From the NCBI GenBank assembly GCA_963803155.1, contig CAWDMN010000059.1, positions 300,636-364,635 on the forward strand: DNA of 64,000 nt, given 5' to 3'. The translations under genes were made by a program, and so were the position numbers. The notes under the pieces were generated by a model. The model was not told the DNA's origin. It worked only from the letters and a program-made list of their open reading frames with translations, and did not search any database. Of this stretch, positions 58,966 through 64,000 are shown piece by piece (position 1 is the stretch's first letter; each line of letters opens with the position of its first letter). Source of the DNA: an uncultured Acidobacteriota bacterium (GTDB lineage: Bacteria; Acidobacteriota; Terriglobia; Versatilivoradales; Versatilivoraceae).

Positions 58966-59058
58966 AATTCCCTGAAACCCTCATATTTACTGGTATCTTA
59001 ACCGTTTTTGCCGTAACTTTTTCAGCCGGCCAAACTGGCTGTCCAATCTTTGCACAAC

Positions 59059-59412
59059 TCAGATCACCACCCGAGCCGCCACCGCCCGATGAGCTTGCCG
59101 CTGCTCCACACTCAATCCATCCAACAACCACTGCAATTGCCGCCGCCTGATGGCCAAGGGCTCCTCACCTCCCGACGGCCACTGGAATCGCCCCCGTTCT
59201 AATCGCCGGTAATAAAGCCAGAACCCATTATGTTCCCAACGAAGAATCTTCAACTTGTCCCGCTGCCGGTTGCAGAAAACAAACCACTGCTCCGAAAAAG
59301 GGTCCAATTGAAATACTCCACTGACCAGAGCCGCCAATCCATCGATCGATTTGCGAAGGTCAGTCGCCCCGGGTGCCAGATGAATCGGACTTACTGGCAC
59401 CTGGCTCAACAT
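59059..59412 (-). CDS. tnpB: IS66 Orf2 (TnpB)
   Basis: The 117-aa protein PIHLAPGATDLRKSIDGLAALV...RDKLKILRWEHNGFWLYYRRLERGRFQWP matches the IS66 Orf2 family. Confidence 0.85.
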   Translation of the reverse strand: MLSQVPVSPIHLAPGATDLRKSIDGLAALVSGVFQLDPFSEQWFVFCNRQRDKLKILRWEHNGFWLYYRRLERGRFQWPSGGEEPLAIRRRQLQWLLDGLSVEQRQAHRAVAARVVI

Positions 59413-59735
59413 GCCGCACCCACCACCTCCAGCACCTCGGCCAGCAGTTGCCGGTCAAATCCCCTCTCTACCTCCACAATCACTCGCCCAATCCTCAGGC
59501 GAATTCCAGTGTCCCGATTTGACGGATCTTCCTCGCACAATTGCAAGGGTATCCAGCCCATTCGTTTTTTCTCGAGGGATCGAATCGCCTGCTTTTTTAA
59601 TTTCCGTTGCCAATAACCCAACCGATGAATGGGGATCTGATGCTGCTGACAATATTCCCTTCGGCTTACTCCACTTTCTTGATATCCTCGGACTTGCTGC
59701 TGCCAATACTCTATGATCTCTGCTGTCGCCTTCAT
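59406..59735 (-). CDS. tnpA: IS66 Orf1 (TnpA, HTH)
   Basis: 109 aa, SGVSRREYCQQHQIPIHRLGYWQRKL. It overlaps tnpB by 7 nt, the typical IS66 arrangement. Confidence 0.8.
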   Translation of the reverse strand: MKATAEIIEYWQQQVRGYQESGVSRREYCQQHQIPIHRLGYWQRKLKKQAIRSLEKKRMGWIPLQLCEEDPSNRDTGIRLRIGRVIVEVERGFDRQLLAEVLEVVGAAC

Positions 59736-59822
59736 GATGGACTTTGCCTCCCTATTGTATTTTCGGAAGCATTATCCTCGGCAATGGTTTTTATTGGAAG
59801 GTGGGGATAAATGGACGCTTAC

Positions 59823-60339
59823 GTATAAAGGGATCAAGGCGAGCCTGGCGGAGAAAGCCTTGATTCAAAGATGCCAATGGCACAAGCGGGAAAATGTAGT
59901 CAGTTATTTGAGCCGGGAACAAGCAAAACGATTCCGGCAGAAAATGCAGACGGCTTATCAGCAACCCAGTTATGAAAAGGCGAAAGAAGCCCTGGAGCGA
60001 ATTGCTAAAGAGCTGCGATTGATCAATGGTTCTGCGGTGGAGAGCCTGAAAGAAGGGTTAGAAGAGACTCTGACTCTGCATCGTTTGGGATTGTTTGAAG
60101 AATTAGGCACCAGTTTTAAAACCACCAATTGCATTGAGAATGTGAATCGGCAATTGGAGCGGTTGACGCATCGAGTCAGTTACTGGAAGAACAGCGATCA
60201 GCGCCAGCGTTGGATAGCCACGTCGCTCCTGCAAATTGAGCCCGGGCTAAGAAAGGTGAAAGGCTTTCGTCATCTAAAAGCCCTTCGCAAAGCCATGAAA
60301 AAGGAAAGTCATCCAAAATCGGATCAAGCAGCCGCTTGA
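59823..60339 (+). pseudogene. IS256-family transposase, C-terminal fragment
   Basis: Contains the conserved IQRCQWHKRENV motif. It is in frame with 56546-57299 once the IS66 and one duplication copy are removed. Confidence 0.75.
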
Positions 60340-60498
60340 GGCTTATGCTCATTTTCAACTAAAAAAGGGCTTGACCCTCATAAAATCCTGCTGGGACTAG
60401 ACGGAGATATCGTGAGTTTGTACCTTTGCAAATCTGGCACCATCCTCCTGCGGCCAGCACGCTGGTGAATGTGTTCAATATGCACATGGTTCTATGAA

Positions 60499-60541
60499 GT
60501 CCAACACGGCGGCACACTGGCCAGCGTGCTTTTCGCGCTGG
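60499..60541. repeat. hairpin-containing ~43-bp motif (family R5), copy 1, about 105 nt 3' of the helicase gene
   Basis: gtccaacacggcggcacactggccagcgtgcttttcgcgctgg is similar to 62114-62164. Confidence 0.55.
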
Positions 60542-60646
60542 GGAATTTCCTGATCAGGTGAAGTAAGCTTGCTGGGAGTCATTTTTCAGAATACCTAAAT
60601 TCTAAGGGCCAGCACTGTTCCGCCTTTGCAGCGATCAAATCAACTG

Positions 60647-62107
60647 TCATGGTTGGACTTTGTTTTCGTTGTGCAAAGGCCTCAAACGTCCGTAGAAATC
60701 CAGAATTGTGCCGTCGGCCTTTACGTCGATCATGGAAATTGGACGGTCAAGGCTGATCCCTTCCATTGTTCTGCAGCGCGATAAAGCAACGTAGGTTTGC
60801 CCCGAGCAGAACGCACCTTGCCCTAAGTCGATTCTTACTGAGTCGAGCGTCATGCCTTGCGACTTATGAATTGTTATGGCCCATCCAAGTGTAATTGGAA
60901 ATTGCGTAAATGAGCCGACGACATTACTGATGATCCGCTTCTCGATGCGGTCATACTCATACTTAATCTTCTCCCACGTCACCCGTTCTACACTTACAGT
61001 GTTCCCTGTATTCTGGATTTCTATTCGTAGTTTATCGTTCTCGATGTTAATGACCCTTCCAAGGGTTCCATTAAGCCAATACGGTTTATTGTTCTTTACG
61101 AATAAGATCTGCGCTCCTTCTTTAAGTTCTAATCGATGCGGAGCCTGGAATCGATCTCTCTGCACGTCAAACTCTCCTTCAATGATCGCGTCAAACTTCC
61201 AGAGTGGGGCCTCCAGGGCGTTCAAATTCTGAGTATTGATCGATTTGGCGGCGGCATTGGTTGGAACGAGGAACAATGAGGGATTGGCGCTCGGTTTGCG
61301 GTCTCGGAAGCAATCGCGGTTGATCCGCGCCACGGCCTCACGGTGGTCATTGTTAAGTCTGATGCGATCAAGCAGGTCAACGAACTCTTGATTTGTCTGG
61401 CGAAACACTTTGGTCAGTTCAATAGAGATCACTTTCGCTTGGCCGAAAATATCGGCAGAGAAAAAGTGGGAAGACCGATACCTATCCGTGTAATATTGTG
61501 CGACTTCTGGATCTCTGACCACAGGCGGCAACTGGAGAAGATCCCCCACGAATATCACCGGAACCCCACCAAATGGGCGCGGATCCCTTCGAACTTTCTT
61601 GAGCGTGTTGCTCATACAATCGACTAAGTCGGGAGGGACCATCGATATTTCATCGACTACGAGTGCGCCGAGACATTCGATGACGGGAACGATCTGTCGC
61701 CTTGGCTCGAACGCCTCATCGGGATTCAGTGTTCGTGGAGGGATGTTAAAAAACGAGTGGATTGTTGATCCGTGAACATTGATCGCTGCAAGTGCAGTCG
61801 GTGCCACAACGGCACAATTTGCGATCTTTTCGGAAAGGAACCGGATAAGTGTGGACTTTCCGGTCCCCGCGCGTCCCGTTACAAAAATAGCGGGACATCC
61901 GCCCTCAATCGCTTCTAAGACAAATTGGTATTCTGGCAGAACTACAATCGTATCCGTGTCCTGCTTTGTAGCGGACGAAATACGCTTCGGATTCGTTCGC
62001 TGGGTCGGTGCAAGTTCGCGGTCGATCTTCGACAGATCAACCGGCGTTTGTGCATCCACGCCGAGCAAGCGTTTTGCCAGATTGCTTATACCAGACCAGA
62101 CACTCAT
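60647..62107 (-). CDS. SF1B Pif1/RecD-like DNA helicase (compact, 486 aa)
   Basis: Walker A VTGRAGTGKST. Motif II LVVDEISMV (DExx without the UvrD-type DEFQD). Motif III VIFVGDLLQLPPV (Pif1-type GDxxQLPPV). Motif V ITIHKSQGMTLD. Motif VI TYVALSRCRT. Confidence 0.75.
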   Translation of the reverse strand: MSVWSGISNLAKRLLGVDAQTPVDLSKIDRELAPTQRTNPKRISSATKQDTDTIVVLPEYQFVLEAIEGGCPAIFVTGRAGTGKSTLIRFLSEKIANCAVVAPTALAAINVHGSTIHSFFNIPPRTLNPDEAFEPRRQIVPVIECLGALVVDEISMVPPDLVDCMSNTLKKVRRDPRPFGGVPVIFVGDLLQLPPVVRDPEVAQYYTDRYRSSHFFSADIFGQAKVISIELTKVFRQTNQEFVDLLDRIRLNNDHREAVARINRDCFRDRKPSANPSLFLVPTNAAAKSINTQNLNALEAPLWKFDAIIEGEFDVQRDRFQAPHRLELKEGAQILFVKNNKPYWLNGTLGRVINIENDKLRIEIQNTGNTVSVERVTWEKIKYEYDRIEKRIISNVVGSFTQFPITLGWAITIHKSQGMTLDSVRIDLGQGAFCSGQTYVALSRCRTMEGISLDRPISMIDVKADGTILDFYGRLRPLHNENKVQP

Positions 62108-62113
62108 TTATTA

Positions 62114-62164
62114 GTCCAACACTGCTGCTCCCCTGACCAGCGCACTTTCCGCGCTGGTCAGGGG
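62114..62164. repeat. R5 copy 2: perfect 11-bp stem / 7-nt loop (ctgaccagcgc-actttcc-gcgctggtcag) between the OLD-family gene stop and the helicase start
   Basis: Read directly. It shares gtccaacac-gc-gc...ccagcg..cttt.cgcgctgg with 60499-60541. Confidence 0.6.
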
Positions 62165-62190
62165 AAGCAAGCTTGTTCGCATTTCATTCG

Positions 62191-64000
62191 TTACGAGTCA
62201 TAAAGCCTTCGGATTTCCTGCAACCATCCTCGGACATCACCTTGTGGATCCACAGCTGTAAGCAGTGTAGGAGTCATTGCAGACGCTGCCTCCGAATTAA
62301 GGCGTCTTTTTGTGCGACTGACCTTCTTTCGCTTCTTCTCTTCTTCAAGGTTATTCCAAGGATCGCACCCACCCCCAATATCGTGGATGTTTTGAGCGAC
62401 GATATCAGGAACATCATCGAAGTCGGTATAAGTGACATTGACTCCAATAGCTGAGTTGATAGCGTCAGGGTGAAGGTAGTTCTCCATTTCGCGTTTGCCT
62501 GTAAGTAATGCTCGGCCTCCTCGAGCGTTGATGGAATCAACAGCGCTCTGGTGTGAAGAGACTTTAGGAGGCAGATCGTCGCGATCGTAGAGATGAAATT
62601 CAGGTCGATTGAGACCGGCGAGCCTGTGAGTCCAAAGCGTGAGGTTTGAACCTCCTACGGGAATGAACACGAGTCGCCCCTGGCTTTCTAGTCCGCGCAA
62701 GTCAAGAACATCTTCCCCTGCTGCTCGTAGTACATCTGAAATATTGCAGAGGAAATCAATGTCGTTGACACCCTCAACGCCGATGAAAAGCCGAACATCG
62801 TGGTCGGCAATAACACCAAGAGAGGAAGCGATGTTACGATATGTGTCGGCTGCATTCTGATGAACGACCCGCCCGCCTGTTCCTTCTGTCGTAACATGCT
62901 TAAGGGCGCTAAGCGGAAGGTCTCGCACCAACAATGGGGTGTGTGTAGTGAAAATTACCTGACATCCGGGTTGCTCACTGAGATCGCGCAATGCTGTCAG
63001 AAGTAACCGCTGGTTCCTTGGGTGCTGGCTGGTTTCTGGCTCCTCGATTGCGTATATGACTCCGGGTGCTTCAGCAGTGGCTAAACGCTTCTCTGCTCTG
63101 GCTCTAAAGAAGTTCAGAAGTATTAGTCGTCGAACACCGCTACCTCGTTTGTTTATTGGTATCTGGAAGTCGTCCGTCAAGCTGATACCAAATACCTTCG
63201 CCCAGTTCGGCTTCGAGAAACGTGGATTCAGTTCTTGCGCAAGTGTCGGATCCATCTCACGAAGCTTCTCGACTGTTGCCCGTGCAATTCCGAGGACTTG
63301 ATCGCGAACAAATGTGGTCAGAGTCTCGAGTGCAACTTCCTGAATCTGCAGTGCTTCGTCAACAGCTGTCTTAAGAGGATCTTGGGCTTCTTCGTCTTGG
63401 TCGGTGCTCTTACGATCAGAGTGAAAAATAGCGAAAAGTGGGAGTTGCTTGGAAAGCGCCCCCCATATCTTCTTCGCGTCCTCCTTCTCGATGTCAATCT
63501 CCTGCTCGCGAGGATGAAGGGCTGGTGCTGAGCACCATATTGCTTGGCGGAGTTCTGAATTGACTCGTTGATCCACCTGACTGATGTCGACACCGAGTTG
63601 CTCTGCGCGATTCTTTAGGTCTCTGTTCTTCAAATATAGTAGGTCAGAGTATTTCTCCGCAGTAGGATGACTGGCGAAAATGAATGTGCGTGTGAGTTTT
63701 GGTTTCTGAAGTTCTCCATTGAAAACGCGGTGAATCTCCAAATTCCCTTGTCCATTGAGCAGCCATTCATCTGCAGGAGATACCTTGTGGTCAGTGTCGA
63801 TCAGGATGCTTTTGGGGAGATCGGAGAATTCACACATTATGGTCATATCGGCTTTGTTGCCAGTAATACTTCCATCGTCAGAATCTGGCATATACTCGCC
63901 GAAGAACATTGCGAGCGCATCCAATATTGCGGATTTGCCTGAATCATTACGCCCGATAAGCGCTGTAAGCGCTTCAAGGTTAATAGCTGTTTCCGCTTGA
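62191..64000 (-). CDS. OLD-family ATP-dependent endonuclease (N-terminal ABC-type ATPase + C-terminal TOPRIM), 5' end beyond window edge
   Basis: The frame stays open to position 64000 and reads ..QAETAINLEALTALIGRNDSGKSAILDALAMFF (Walker A of OLD/AAA_15-21 ATPases). The TOPRIM block is RLFIGVEGVNDIDFL...HLYDRDD. It has the same orientation as the helicase and sits 83 bp upstream of it. Confidence 0.7.
   Translation of the reverse strand, partial: QAETAINLEALTALIGRNDSGKSAILDALAMFFGEYMPDSDDGSITGNKADMTIMCEFSDLPKSILIDTDHKVSPADEWLLNGQGNLEIHRVFNGELQKPKLTRTFIFASHPTAEKYSDLLYLKNRDLKNRAEQLGVDISQVDQRVNSELRQAIWCSAPALHPREQEIDIEKEDAKKIWGALSKQLPLFAIFHSDRKSTDQDEEAQDPLKTAVDEALQIQEVALETLTTFVRDQVLGIARATVEKLREMDPTLAQELNPRFSKPNWAKVFGISLTDDFQIPINKRGSGVRRLILLNFFRARAEKRLATAEAPGVIYAIEEPETSQHPRNQRLLLTALRDLSEQPGCQVIFTTHTPLLVRDLPLSALKHVTTEGTGGRVVHQNAADTYRNIASSLGVIADHDVRLFIGVEGVNDIDFLCNISDVLRAAGEDVLDLRGLESQGRLVFIPVGGSNLTLWTHRLAGLNRPEFHLYDRDDLPPKVSSHQSAVDSINARGGRALLTGKREMENYLHPDAINSAIGVNVTYTDFDDVPDIVAQNIHDIGGGCDPWNNLEEEKKRKKVSRTKRRLNSEAASAMTPTLLTAVDPQGDVRGWLQEIRRLYDS

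Larger units (their letters stand above)
57300..59822 (-). mobile_element. complete IS66-family insertion sequence (2523 bp) with 26-bp terminal inverted repeats GTAAGCGTCCATTTATCCCCACCTT and 8-bp target-site duplication GTATAAAG (57292-57299 and 59823-59830)
   Basis: Terminal inverted repeats and the duplication were read directly. GTAAGCG termini and an 8-bp duplication are hallmarks of IS66. The element encodes tnpA, tnpB and tnpC. Confidence 0.9.
56449..60380 (+). mobile_element. IS256-family element (about 1.4 kb without the insert) disrupted by an IS66-family insertion
   Basis: Imperfect terminal repeats gggaaagtcctaaacttagttgaaaaagg (56449-56477) and ttttcaactaaaaaagggcttgaccctc (60353-60380) share the ttttcaactaa core in inverted orientation. 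The transposase ORF is split exactly at the IS66 target site. Confidence 0.5.

Noticed and set aside
1-64000. tRNA / rRNA / tmRNA / RNase P genes
   Set aside because: I scanned for T-loop GTTCRAnYC contexts and the conserved cores of these RNAs and found no convincing instance. The check was by eye only.

Overview
The window is a 64-kb piece of chromosome from a Gram-negative-type bacterium. GC content is moderate to high. I found no rRNA, tRNA or CRISPR. From left to right the gene content is as follows. (1) A GntR(YtrA-like) regulator with an ABC ATPase and an ABC-2 permease. (2) A hypothetical membrane-anchored gene that sits between inverted copies of a ~100-bp repeat. (3) A radical-SAM-like gene, then a thioredoxin-like gene with an in-frame TGA inside its redox motif and a hairpin just downstream, which makes it a candidate selenoprotein. 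An acyltransferase-3/DUF5009-like gene and a 4Fe-4S membrane protein follow. (4) A polysaccharide-degradation locus. It holds a PHP-like secreted protein, a TAT-secreted GH38-like hydrolase, a GH9 endoglucanase, an ECF sigma/anti-sigma pair, and a 1384-aa secreted BNR/Asp-box protein with a BACON-like module. (5) A sugar-activation cluster. It holds an APH-family anomeric sugar kinase, a sugar-1-P nucleotidyltransferase and two tandem phosphohexomutase paralogs. The first paralog has lost the catalytic Ser. (6) An amidohydrolase, an orphan FliK-like plus FlhB-C-terminal-domain gene pair, a class I fumarate hydratase, HicB/HicA toxin-antitoxin, a PpiD-like chaperone, and the mreBCD-mrdA-rodA-rne morphogenesis block. 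The RNase E/G gene carries a ~400-aa disordered insertion inside its S1 domain. (7) A mobile-element-rich right end. It holds a Y1 (IS200-like) transposase element with 20-bp terminal inverted repeats, an orphan TonB, and an IS256-family element interrupted by a complete IS66-family element (tnpA/tnpB/tnpC, 26-bp terminal inverted repeats, 8-bp target-site duplication GTATAAAG). Last comes a two-gene candidate defence module. It pairs an OLD-family ATPase/TOPRIM nuclease, truncated by the window edge, with a Pif1/RecD-like SF1B helicase rather than the UvrD-like helicase of canonical Gabija. Beyond the genes, the intergenic DNA contains at least six distinct families of short repeats or structured elements. 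One is an ~78-nt element containing a terminator-like hairpin that sits immediately 5' of the SD/start of two unrelated genes. It could be a novel attenuator/riboswitch-like leader or a small dispersed repeat. The coding analysis rests on motif recognition by eye; no database search was possible.
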